Shown here: positions 23,517-34,700 of the stretch, piece by piece
Position numbering within the stretch: position 1 is the first letter of the stretch
How the letters are laid out: every line of letters begins with the position of its first letter
NCBI GenBank assembly: GCA_002269645.1
Contig: NIVC01001453.1
Location: 47,565 to 111,564, forward strand
Reading direction: 5' to 3'
DNA from: Macrostomum lignano
Taxonomy: Eukaryota
Length of the DNA stretch: 64,000 nt
Notes under the pieces: generated by a model
What the model saw: only the letters and a program-made list of their open reading frames with translations
What the model was told of the DNA's origin: nothing
Database searches by the model: none
Made by a program: the position numbers and the translations under genes

Positions 23517-26500
23517 ATGGGTGAGACTGAGCATCATCTCAAGTCCTATGCGTTCATGTTCACACATCATGAAGACATACAGACAACTATAGTAGTAATA
23601 TTCCTATTCCTTGTATGGGGCATAGTCTACATGAGCATCATCAACAATCGTTTGTACGTCTTCTTTAACGAGACAGTCTGCAATTCCTTGATTGGAATGA
23701 CCTTCGGCCTGCTCTTTGGCACCAGCCGATCATTGAAGAGTTTGGCGCAGTTCTTTCTGCCCTGGAACAATTTCGACAACAATATACTGCCGTTTCTCAT
23801 CATGTACCCGGCCAGTAAGTTGTGCGTGCAGTCTACAAGGAAACAGTTGCGAATGACCATCACCTTTGCCATACTCAAGACTGCGCTGTGCGTTTTGCTC
23901 ATTGTTGGATCTGTTCTAGGTGAGTTGCTCGCATAACTAAGTCTCTGATCGTTACTTGTCGCAAATTTTAACCATGTCTTATGTAACTATGAGGTAAAGA
24001 TCTCGAGTAGAGATTCTCGAAGCTCAAAGTCACACGTAGAGATTCTCGAAGCTCAAGGTCACACGTATAGATTCTCGAAGCTCAAGGTCACACGTAGAGA
24101 TTCTCGAAGCTCAAGATCACACGTAGAGATTCTCGAAGCTCAAGATCACACGTAGAGATTCTCGAAGCTCAAGGTCACACGTAGAGATTCTCGAAGCTCA
24201 AGGTCACACGTAGAGATTCTCGAAGCTCAAGATCACACGTAGAGATTCTCGAAGCTCAAGGTCACACGTAGAGATTCTCGAAGCTCAAGGTCACACGTAG
24301 AGATTCTCGAAGCTCAAGGTCACACAGAGATTCTCGAAGCTCAAGGTCACACGTAGAGATTCTCGAAGCTCAAGGTCACACGTAGAGATTCTCGAAGCTC
24401 AAGGTCACACGTAGAGATTCTCGAAGCTCAAGGTCACACGTAGAGATTCTCGAAGCTCAAGGTCACACGTAGAGATTCTCGAAGCTCAAGGTCGCACAGA
24501 GATTCTCGAAACTCAAGGCCACACGTAGAAGTTTTCAAAGCTGAAGGTCACAGGAGGCTGGCTCCCAAAGCTCAAGGTCACTCGTACAGGTGAATGGCTG
24601 GCTCACCAAGCTATATAAAATACAAGGTAGTCCTCTCAAAGCCCCTCTTTGCGGGTAATTTCAGCTTTATTTACTAGAAATCGCATAGACTATTTCCACG
24701 ACCTTATCGTTACGCTTTAACAGCTTACGTGGTCACCCAATCTAATGGTTACTTATCTACGAAAAGTACCAAGTTCGATTTTCATCAAGTGATGTACGCG
24801 CTGTATATTGGCTCCTCTTTGGCCATGGTCGACTCGTACTTGTGCGTTCATAACTTCCCCGAGATTCGAGGCAATTGTCAGATGAGAGGGTTTTTGTCCA
24901 GTTACGGTCTCGTGTCAATGTCCTACGCTTTGGAGCTCAGGTGACCGCCAAAAATTGCTAAAAGTATTGAGTCATGTACAGAAGAACAGGACAAGTAACA
25001 CTGAGCTCGTATTCTATTTTTAGCATCAACTGGGTGGGGCCAGCTGGATGCTGATAAGAAGACGAGGCGAGACTGAAGAGCCAATCAGAAGGCAGCGAAG
25101 GGAGACAGAGATAGGAGTAAACAGCCGGATTGAATTTTAACCTGGGGTTGGCAGAAGCCGCTCTTACCAGCCCTGGGGTCCATAAAAACTTCACAACAGC
25201 TAAAAAAGCTTGTGTCTCTTCTCAGCTCTCTTCTTTCGTCTCTCCTCTTTTCAGAGTGAAAGGGTAAGAGAGAAAAAGAGAAAGAGAGTGAGAGAGTGAG
25301 AGAGGGAGAGAGGGAGAGGGAGAGAGAGGGAGAGAGTGTGAGAGTGAGAGAGTGAGATAGTGAGAGAGTGAGAGAGTGAGAGAGGGAGGGAGTGAGAGAG
25401 GAAGAGAGTGAGAGAGGAAGAGAGTGAGAGGAAGAGTGAGAGAGAGTGAGAGGAAGAGTGAGAGAGAGAGTGAGAGGAAGAGGAAGAGAGTGAGAGAGGA
25501 AGAGAGTGAGAGGAAGAGAGTGAGAGAGAGTGAGAGGAAGAGGGAGAGAGTGAGAGAGGAAGAGAGTGAGAGAGAGTGAGAGGAAGAGGGAGAGAGTGAG
25601 AGAGGAAGAGAGTGAGAGGAAGAGAGTGAGAGAGAGTGAGAGGAAGAGGGAGAGAGTGAGAGAGGAAGAGAGTGAGAGAGAGTGAGAGGAAGAGGGAGAG
25701 AGTGAGAGAGGAAGAGAGTGAGAGGAAGAGAGTGAGAGAGAGTGAGAGGAAGAGGGAGAGAGTGAGAGAGGAAGAGAGTGAGAGAGGAAGAGAGTGAGAG
25801 AGAGTGAGAGGAAGAGGGAGAGAGTGAGAGAGGAAGAGAGTGAGAGAGGAAGAGTAAGAGAGTAAGAGAGGAAGAGAGTGAGAGAGGAAGAGAGGGAGAG
25901 AGGAAGAGAGTGAGAGAGGAAGAGAGTGAGAGAGGAAGAGAGTGAGAGAGAGTGAGAGGAAGAGGGAGAGAGGAAGAGAGTGAGAGAGAGTGAGAGGAAG
26001 AGAGTGAGAGAGGAAGAGAGTGAGAGAGGAAGAGAGTGAGAGAGGAAAAGAGTGAGAGAGGAAGAGAGTGAGAGAGGAAGAGAGTGAGAGAGGAAGAGAG
26101 TGAGAGAGAGTGAGAGGGAGAGGGAGAGAGTGAGAGAGGAAGAGAGTGAGAGAGGAAGAGAGTGAGAGAGGAAGAGAGTGAGAGAGAGTGAGAGGAAGAG
26201 GGAGAGAGGAAGAGAGTGAGAGAGAGTGAGAGAAAGAGGGAGAGAGTGAGAGAGGAAGAGAGTGAGAGGAAGAGAGTGAGAGAGAGTGAGAGGAAGAGAG
26301 TGAGAGAGAGTGAGAGGAAGAGGGAGAGAGTGAGAGAGGAAGAGAGTGAGAGGAAGAGAGTGAGAGAGAGTGAGAGGAAGAGGGAGAGAGTGAGAGAGGA
26401 AGAGAGTGAGAGAGGAAGAGAGTGAGAGAGGAAGAGAGTGAGAGAGGAAGAGAGTGAGAGAGGAAGAGAGTGAGAGAGGGAGAGAGTGAGAGAGGAAGAG

Positions 26501-29500
26501 AGTGAGAGAGGAAGAGAGTGAGAGAGAGTGAGAGGAAGAGGAAGAGAGTGAGAGAGTAAGAGAGTGAGAGAAAGAGTGACAAAAGATCGGTTCTAATGGC
26601 GGCTCGGAGAACATCCAGCAGATCTAATAGATAAAAATAAGCCAATCGCACCCCCACAATCGCAGACAAATAGCGGTAGACCTGAGCAACGACACCAATC
26701 TGAGCATTGGCAGCACATCCGTTGCCGTACTAAAACGAGCTCTGTTTGTTCCAATGGTTTCCGTGATGCTGGGCCTGACGGCTGGCTTGTTAAGCAGCTA
26801 CGTGACCAAGCACTCCAGCTTTCTTCACGTGCAGCAAGAAATGGTTGTGCTGCCGTGCTCCAACTACATATCGTACACTGTCGCTCAGAAAATGGGATTG
26901 TCACCTATCATTGCGTGAGTGCCTGCGATGCCCATCGGTTGTGGAAAGTGCAGAGTGAGATAGAGAGTGAGTGAGACAGGGAGAGAGTGAGACAGGGAGT
27001 GAGTGAGACAGGGAGCGAGTGAGACAGGGAGCGAGTGAGACAGGGAGAGAGTGAGACAGGGAGAGAGTGACACAGGGAGCGAGTGAGACAGGGAGAGAGA
27101 GAGAGAGGAAGAGAGTGAGAGAGTGAGACAGGGAGCGAGTGAGACAGGGAGAGAGTGAGACAGGGAGCGAGTGAGACAGGGAGAGAGTGAGACAATGAGA
27201 CAGGGAGAGAGTGAGACAATGAGACAAGGAGAGAGGGAGAGAGGGAGAGAGGGAGAGAGTGAGACAGAGGGAGAGTGAGACAGAGAGAGAGTGAGACAGG
27301 GAGAGAGTGAGCCAGAGAGAGAGTGAGACAGAGGGAGAGTGAGACAGAGAGAGAGTGAGACAGAGAGAGAGTGAGACAGGGAGAGAGTGAGACAGGGAGA
27401 GAGTGAGACAGGGAGACAGGGAGACAGGGAGAGAGTGAGACGGAGAGAGTGAGAGAAGTGTATGAGAGGAACAAGCAAGAATGAGCACAGAGCCTGACTC
27501 GCAGCTGCCTCCACCCCCCCCCCCCCTCCCCGCGGCAGAAGCATATCCTGCGAGCTCATTCAGAGCACATTCTGCATTCACAACATGTCGGAGGCCAGCA
27601 AGATCTCCTACAAATCAATGCTGGCCAAAACGTCAAAGTTGCTTGGCTTTTTTGGCTCGCTGTCTATCGGGTTCGTGTTCGGATCGGTGGAGAATCGCTT
27701 CCTGTGGAAATACGTGTCCTGGAAGCTGGTGCTCCTGTTCCTTGCGGTTAGCATTCTGTCCAGGATTTTAAGCACTATGGTGGCCTACTTCCTGGGTGAG
27801 ACTGGTCAATCAATCAACCAAATGATGAATCATCAATCATCAATTAGTCAAATCACAAATAATGAATGAATTAATCAATTAGTTAATTCATCAATCAATT
27901 AATCAATCAATCAATCCATCTATCAATCAATCTATCTATCAATCCATCAATCGGTCAAGCATTTAATTACTCAAGCAAATGATGAATCATCAATCAATCA
28001 ATCAATTTATCAATCAATCAAACAATTTATCTATCAATCAATCAATTTAACCATCAATCAATCAATTTATCTATCAATCAGTCAATTTATCTATCAATCA
28101 ATAAATCAATTTATCAATCAATCAATAAATCAATTTATCAATCAATAAATCTATTTATCTATCAATCAATCAATTTATCCATCAATCAGTCAATTTATCT
28201 ATCAATCAATCAATTTATCTATCAATCAGTCAATTTATCTATCAATCAATAAATCAATTTATCAATCAATAAATCAGTTTATCTATCAATCAATCAATTT
28301 ATCCATCAATCAGTCAATTTATCTATCAATAAATCAATTTATCTATCAATCAATCGAATGATAAATTATCTAATATCAATCAATCAATAAATTAATCAAT
28401 AATACGATCAATCAATCAATAAATGTATTAATAAATCAATGAATCAGTCAAACGATGAATAATCAATTATTCAATCAATCAATCAATCAATCAATTAATA
28501 ACTCAAATCACCGCACCGCAGTGAAGCGCCTCGGCTTCAAAATGCACAGCAATATGATGTTTCTGCAGCTGCTAATTCACACGAGGTCATTACCAGCCTT
28601 TCTCAGCCTGATCAACATGCAGGAGCACAGCTCAGCTTTTCACGCAAGTTTCATGCATAATTTACTAGCAATAATTAACGACATCATTGCATTAATTAAT
28701 TAAAGTCATACAGTCGCGAGTGATTAACAAAACACCTGTCTCTAAACAATCACAGGTGTGTCTGTCCTACCTGTTGTGCATGCAGTGGAGCCTGTACTTC
28801 ATGTGCAATGCGGTCAACGTTGTAAACGTACCCCTGGTTGGCCTGGTGTACAAGCGACTGGGCATCAAGCAGGACTTAGTTGACGGCCAGGTCGAGCCCA
28901 TTTTTCACGTCATCTTTCGCCTCATGTACCACGAGATGGACAGCCAAATCGCCTACTTATCTGGTGGGTGAGCCGAGGCAGGGGGTGGGGTGATGAGGCA
29001 GGGGGTGGGGTGGGTGAGGCAGGGGAGTGGGGTGGGTGAGACAGGAGAGTGAGGTGGGTGAGGCAGGGGGTGGGGTGGGTAAGGCAGGGGGTGGGGTGGG
29101 TGAGGCAGGGGGTGGGGTGGGTGAGGCAGGGGAGTGGGGTGGGTGAGACAGGAGAGTAAGGTGGGTGAGGCAGGGGGTGGGGTGGGTAAGGCAGGGGGTG
29201 GGGTGGGTGAGGCAGGGGTGGTTGAGGCAGGGGAGTGAGGTGGGTGAGACAGGGGAGGGAGGTGGGTGAGGCAGGGGTGGGGTGTGTGAGACAGAGGGTG
29301 TGGTGGGTGGGTGAGGCAGGGGAGTGAGGTGGGTGAGGCAGGGGAGTGGGGTGGGTGAGACAAGAGAGTGAGGTGGGTGAGGCAGGGGTGGGGTGGGTAA
29401 GGCAGGGGGTGGGGTGGGTGAGGCAGGGGTGGTTGAGGCAGGGGAGTGAGGTGGGTGAGACAGGGGAGGGAGGTGGGTGAGGCAGGGGTGGGGTGTGTGA

Positions 29501-30432
29501 GACAGAGGGTGTGGTGGGTGGGTGAGGCAGGGGAGTGAGGTGGGTGAGACAGGGGAGGGAGGTGGGTGAGGCAGGGGTGGGGTGTGTGAGACAGAGGGTG
29601 TGGTGGGTGGGTGAGGCAGGGGAGTGAGGTGGGTGAGGCAGGGGGTGGGGTGTGTGAGACAGAGGGTGTGGTGGGTGGGTGAGGCAGAGGAGTGAGGTGG
29701 GTGAGGCAGGAGTGCATCTGTGCATGTTCGATTCCACCCATCTGCAGGCAGGCAACGACGCTGCGAATTCGCCTCCCTGCTAAGCAGTCACATGCAGAGC
29801 AGCTTCCTTCGCTACGTGATGTCGCTGGGCTTTATGTCGGTCCCGGAGCGTCGGTCACCCATACTGAGCGCCTACGACGAGACGATCTCGCAGCGCTCTA
29901 ACGTGATCGATCAGCGACGAAGATCGCTAAAATCACGACATCAAATCTATGCCACTCAGGTAAGTGAATGAGCGGGGAGCTGTCGACAGCTGCAGGTAGA
30001 TAGATTAGACGGATAGATAGATACACAGATAGATAGATACACAGATAGATAGATAGATATACAGGTGAGATAGATCGATAGACATGTACGTAGATGCAGA
30101 TAGATAAATAGAGTTTTACAGCTTTTTAGACAGATAGACACATACCTATAGATAGATAAGTAATATTAATTGATTAGACCTGCTCCGATTGGGCCAGATA
30201 TGCAACCAACATAATTTTCTGTTTACAGTTAATACGATATAATCTACTAATTAGACATAGCTCATTTTTTCTATATACTATAGTAAATATAGTAGACTAT
30301 TTATGATCAATAATTCTCCGATAACGGCAGGTCTGCGCCCGTTTCATCGTCAAGAATCTGTGCTTCGAAGGCTTCCATCCCGACGACATAGTTGAGTACT
30401 TTTTTACCGGCGGCTCCGGCAAAACTGACTGA
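23517..30432 (+). CDS. Divergent SLC9/NHE (Na+/H+ exchanger)-like membrane protein (~589 aa, 8 exons)
   Basis: Exons 23517-23919, 24724-24940, 26666-26914, 27539-27795, 28522-28643, 28756-28967, 29752-29959 and 30331-30432 total 1770 nt with continuous frame. One intron needs a GC donor. Helix order matches NHE: GMTFGLL; ILPFLIM ~ LLPPII; GSSLAMVD ~ GSLISAVD; GLLSSYVTK; SYTVAQKMGLSPIIA ~ SYLTAEMFHLSGILA; SRIL; VPLVGLVYKRLGIK ~ IKPLVKLLKV. Confidence 0.8.
24005..24540. repeat. 29-bp minisatellite (GTAGAGATTCTCGAAGCTCAAGGTCACAC)n
   Basis: NHE-like gene, intron 1. Confidence 0.93.
25260..26578. repeat. Polypurine GA-rich satellite (GAGAGAGT/GAGGAA)
   Basis: NHE-like intron 2; source of the S/L/H-rich ORFs on the minus strand. 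Confidence 0.93.
26950..27470. repeat. GA-rich satellite (GAGAGAGTGAGACAGG)n
   Basis: NHE-like intron 3. Confidence 0.9.
27805..28500. repeat. (TCAA)n/(CTAT)n low-complexity repeat
   Basis: NHE-like intron 4. Confidence 0.85.
28968..29710. repeat. G-rich minisatellite (GGGTGAGGCAGGGG(G/A)GTGGGGT)n, G-quadruplex-prone
   Basis: NHE-like intron 6; starts at the donor site and has many G3-G5 runs. Confidence 0.92.
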
Positions 30433-31735
30433 TCATATTTTATGGTACACACAGTGCGTCAGATTGATTGCAGTTGTTGAACAATTTCAAAAAATCGAGT
30501 TTTAGTAATATGTGACTAGAGTACAGCCAAGAGATGAGCCAATTAGTAATAACCATAAATTCAAAAAAACTAGTTTTAAAAAACACCAGCAAATAAATAA
30601 AATTAATAAGTAGAAACGTGACGGGTTTCTGTTTTTGCAATTTTTACTAACAAAGAACCAGAATACTTTTTATTTTTGTATCTTTTATTTATGTTTCCTT
30701 CGACTTTTATGGGCAAAGTAGCACACTGTTTACTTGAGTAAAATTCTTTTGACCGATTTTATCTATTTATCGCATAATGTTCGCTCAAGCTACTATGTTA
30801 CTAAGTAGTTAAAGCGAGTGTATGATCCCGAAATACAACTGAATAATTAAAGGCAGGGCAGTAAAATAAACTAAAAAACACCTGCGTCTACTACTATTAG
30901 ACAAAACGAACCAGTAGAAAGTGTGGGATTTTAATAGTAAACCAGTATAGGGAGGGAACAACATAAAAATGACAGACTATGATAACTAAGCAACTAGAAG
31001 CAGTTAAAACAGTTGAGAAATTGCACTCTCAAAATTGTTAGTAGAATCGAAATTGCACGGGATAAAAATTGTGGAGAAAAAAAACAACAACTACGAAGGA
31101 GTTGAAAGCATGTTTTAACAAAATAATTAACTAGTGCTGGTAGGTAGCAGCATTTCACTGCAAATCCTTAGAGTTTTGAATCACATGGCCACATAGTCCC
31201 TCAGTCGTACTATTTGAAAGCAAAATTGAACGAGATTGCTACAAGCTTTGAGAGTTGTTAAACAATTCAAAATATAACTACAGCATAACAACACCTAATA
31301 CACAAATATTTGTTAACACTTTATGAATTTGAATCGCATTTCACATTTATCACAGCTCTGTTTAGTCTACTTGAGTTAGTAGGAAGTTAAGCGCCAGCAC
31401 AACGGCTCTCGGCTGACTTTTACGATTCTGCAGCTCACGTGATGCCCTCGTGACTCAACAGTCGCTAGAGTCCCTATTGAGCTGTTTGCAATGACTCTCT
31501 AGCGATTCTTATTCCAGTAACGATATTTAATAGTACATGTGTACTTTACATGTGTCTTAGTGCATAAAGTACATATTGATTTAGTTGTATAAAATTCTCA
31601 CTAATAAGTAATTTACTACTAACAGTACACGATGCACTTTATAAATATAGTCAATTTATATTAAAAGTACATGTCGACCCAAAAGCTCGAAAAGTACATT
31701 TCCCAGGTAATACAGTCAGGATTACATGCAAACAA

Positions 31736-34700
31736 TCACTTAGCCAATCCCGCTTGCAGAGCCATCTCGTAGAACACGGATGTTTTGTTAGCCAACAGTT
31801 CGCTAGGCGAGCCGGACTCGAGCACGCGACCTTGCTCTAGTACAACAATCTTATCGTAGTCCATCACCGTATTCAGCCGATGAGCCACAGTGATCAAGGT
31901 GGCGTCAGAGAATTTCTCCCTGATCGTGCGCTGAATCAGAGCGTCGGTGCCAACGTCAACGGCAGCGGTGGCTTCGTCCAGTACGAGCAGGCGGCTGCGG
32001 CGAAGCAGAGCTCGCGCTAGACAGACCAGCTGGCGCTGGCCAAGCGACAGGTTCGCTCCGCCCTCCGAGATGGGGTGGCTCAGCCCGGTCTCCAAGCCGG
32101 AGGCCCAGCTCTTCAGGTGAGCCGTCTCCAACGCCGACCAGACCTCGTCGTCAGTGTGCCGATCGAACGGGTCGAGATTCCAGCGCAGACTGCCGGCGAA
32201 CAGCAGGGGGTCCTGCGGTATCAGGGTGATCCTAGTCCGCAGCGTGTGCAGGCCGAGTTTGGTCACGTCAACGCCGTCCAGCAGCAGCTGGCCGGACCGG
32301 GGCTCCAGCACGCGGAACAGCGACAGAGTCAGGGTGCTCTTGCCTGACCCGGTGCGACCCACGATGCCAACCCGCTGGCCGGGGCTGACCTCCAGGTTGA
32401 TGTCGGCCAGGGCCGGCGGCAGGTCGTCTCGGTAGCGACAGGCGAAGCCGCGAAAGCTGACGCCGCCCAGGGGCCAGCCGTCTGGTAGGGGCGGCTCGTC
32501 TGGCCGTTGCCAGGGGGCCTCCTGCTCCAGCTCGGAGTACTCCTTGATTCTGCAGTGCGGGCGGATTGTGTGTTGCACTATGGGGACAACATAGATGGCT
32601 TCTAGCATGCATTTATGAGTGAGGGAATCTAAAGATAGGGATTTCAAGCATGGCGATCTAAAGATTGGGATTCTAGGCATGAAGATATAAAGATGGGGAT
32701 TCTAAGCATAGAATCTAAAGATGGGGATTCTAAGCAGGGGATCCAAAGATGAGGATAATAAGCATGGGGATCTAAAGCTGGGGATTATAATCATGGGGAT
32801 ATAAAGATGGGGATTCCAAGCATGGGGATCTAAAGATGGGGATTATAATCATGGGGATATAAAGATGGGGATTCCAAGCATGGGGATCTAAAGATGGGGA
32901 TATTAAACATGGGGATCTAAAGATAAGGGTTATAAGCATGGGTATTCTAAGCAAGGGATCTAAAGATGGGGATTATAATCATGGGGATATAAAGATGGGG
33001 ATTCCAAGCATGGGGATCTAAAGATGGGGATATTAAACATGGGGATCTAAAGATAAGGGTTATAAGCATGGGTATTCTAAGCAAGGGATCTAAAGATGGG
33101 GATTCTAAGCAGGGGATCCAAAGATGGGGATAATAAGCATGGGGATCTAAAGCTGGGGATTATAATCATGGGGATATAAAGATGGGGATTATAAACATGG
33201 GGATCTAAAGCTGGGGATTATAAACATGGGGATCTAAAGATAAGGGTTATAAGCATGACGATTCTAAGCAAGGGATCGAAAGATAGGTATTCTAAGCATG
33301 GGATCTAAAGTTGGGGATTATAATCATGGGGATTCTAAGCATAGATCTAAAGATGTGGATTCTAAGCATGAAATCTTAAGATGGGGATTATAAGCTTGGG
33401 AATTCTAAGCATGAGGATCCTAAGCACATAGGGATTAAGGGAGCTTAAGATCCCTGAAATGGGATAAGATAAAAATGAATTCTCACCTCTCCACGGCAAC
33501 AATATTAGTCTCCAACTCCGAAGTCATTCGGATCAGCCAATTCAGGCTCTGGGTAACGTTGAGCGCATAGATAGCGGCCAGACCTACCAGACCAGGGGAC
33601 ACGGTGCCCCTGGCCAGCACGCCAAACAGACAGGTGAATGTGACAATCAGATTGCCAACCAGCTCCAACCGGACGGCCAGCCACCTATTCGAACTAATAT
33701 TCGGATAATAGCAGCGATTGAAAAAGTTAACGCGATCGTTGCAGATTCGTTTGAAATTCGATTGCTGTTCGAATGCCCGAATAGTGGTCACGCCAGACAG
33801 GGTCTCGGAGAAGTGGGAGAAAATCGGCGACTTGGCCGTTGATTCCAGCCGCTTCAGCTGCCGGGATGAGCTGATGAAGATTCTCTGCGATTGGGGAGCG
33901 ACAGATGAAGCAGATGCTGTTTATCAATGCTGTGGTCTAACCAACTACATGCAAGCTTCAGTTAGTTGCTATGGGAACATGGCCTAGCAACAAAAGAGCA
34001 TCATCCGATCTATTATTAGTTAAAACACAAAGTGTAGGGAATTGAGACGGGGGAATTAACACAAGATAGCGGAGCTGAAAAATTGGTGAGCTGGTACAGA
34101 GTTCAGACTAAGGAATTCAGCAGGGAATTCAGAACACTGGGGAAGTGAGCCAGCGGGGAATTCAGAATTCTGGGGAAGTGAGCCAGCGGGGAATTCAGAA
34201 CACTGGGGAAGTGAGCCAGCGGGGAATTCAGAATTCTGGGGAAGTGAGCCAGCGGGGAATTCAGAACACTGGGGAAGTGAGCCAGCGGGGAATTCAGAAT
34301 TCTGGGGAAGTGAGTCAGCGGGGAATTCAGAATTCTGGGGAAGTGAGTCAGCGGGGAATTCAGAATTCTGGGGAAGTGAGCCAGCGGGGAATTCAGAATT
34401 CTGGGGAAGTGAGTCAGCGGGGAATTCAGAACACTGGGGAAGTGAGCCAGCGGGGAATTCAGAACACTGGGGAAGTGAGCCAGCGGGGAATTCAGAATTC
34501 TGGGGAAGTGAGTCAGCGGGGAATTCAGAACACTGGGGAAGTGAGCCAGCGGGGAATTCAGAACACTGGGGAAGTGAGTCAGCGGGGAATTCAGAATTCT
34601 GGGGAAGTGAGCCAGCGGGCAATTCAGAATTCTGGGGAAGTGAGCCAGCGGGGAATTAAGAACACTGGGGAAGTGAGTTCTAGCAGAAACAAAATATATA

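Noticed and set aside
25085-27581. Long S/L/H-rich minus-strand ORFs
   Set aside because: They are antisense translations of GA-rich intronic satellites in the NHE-like gene.
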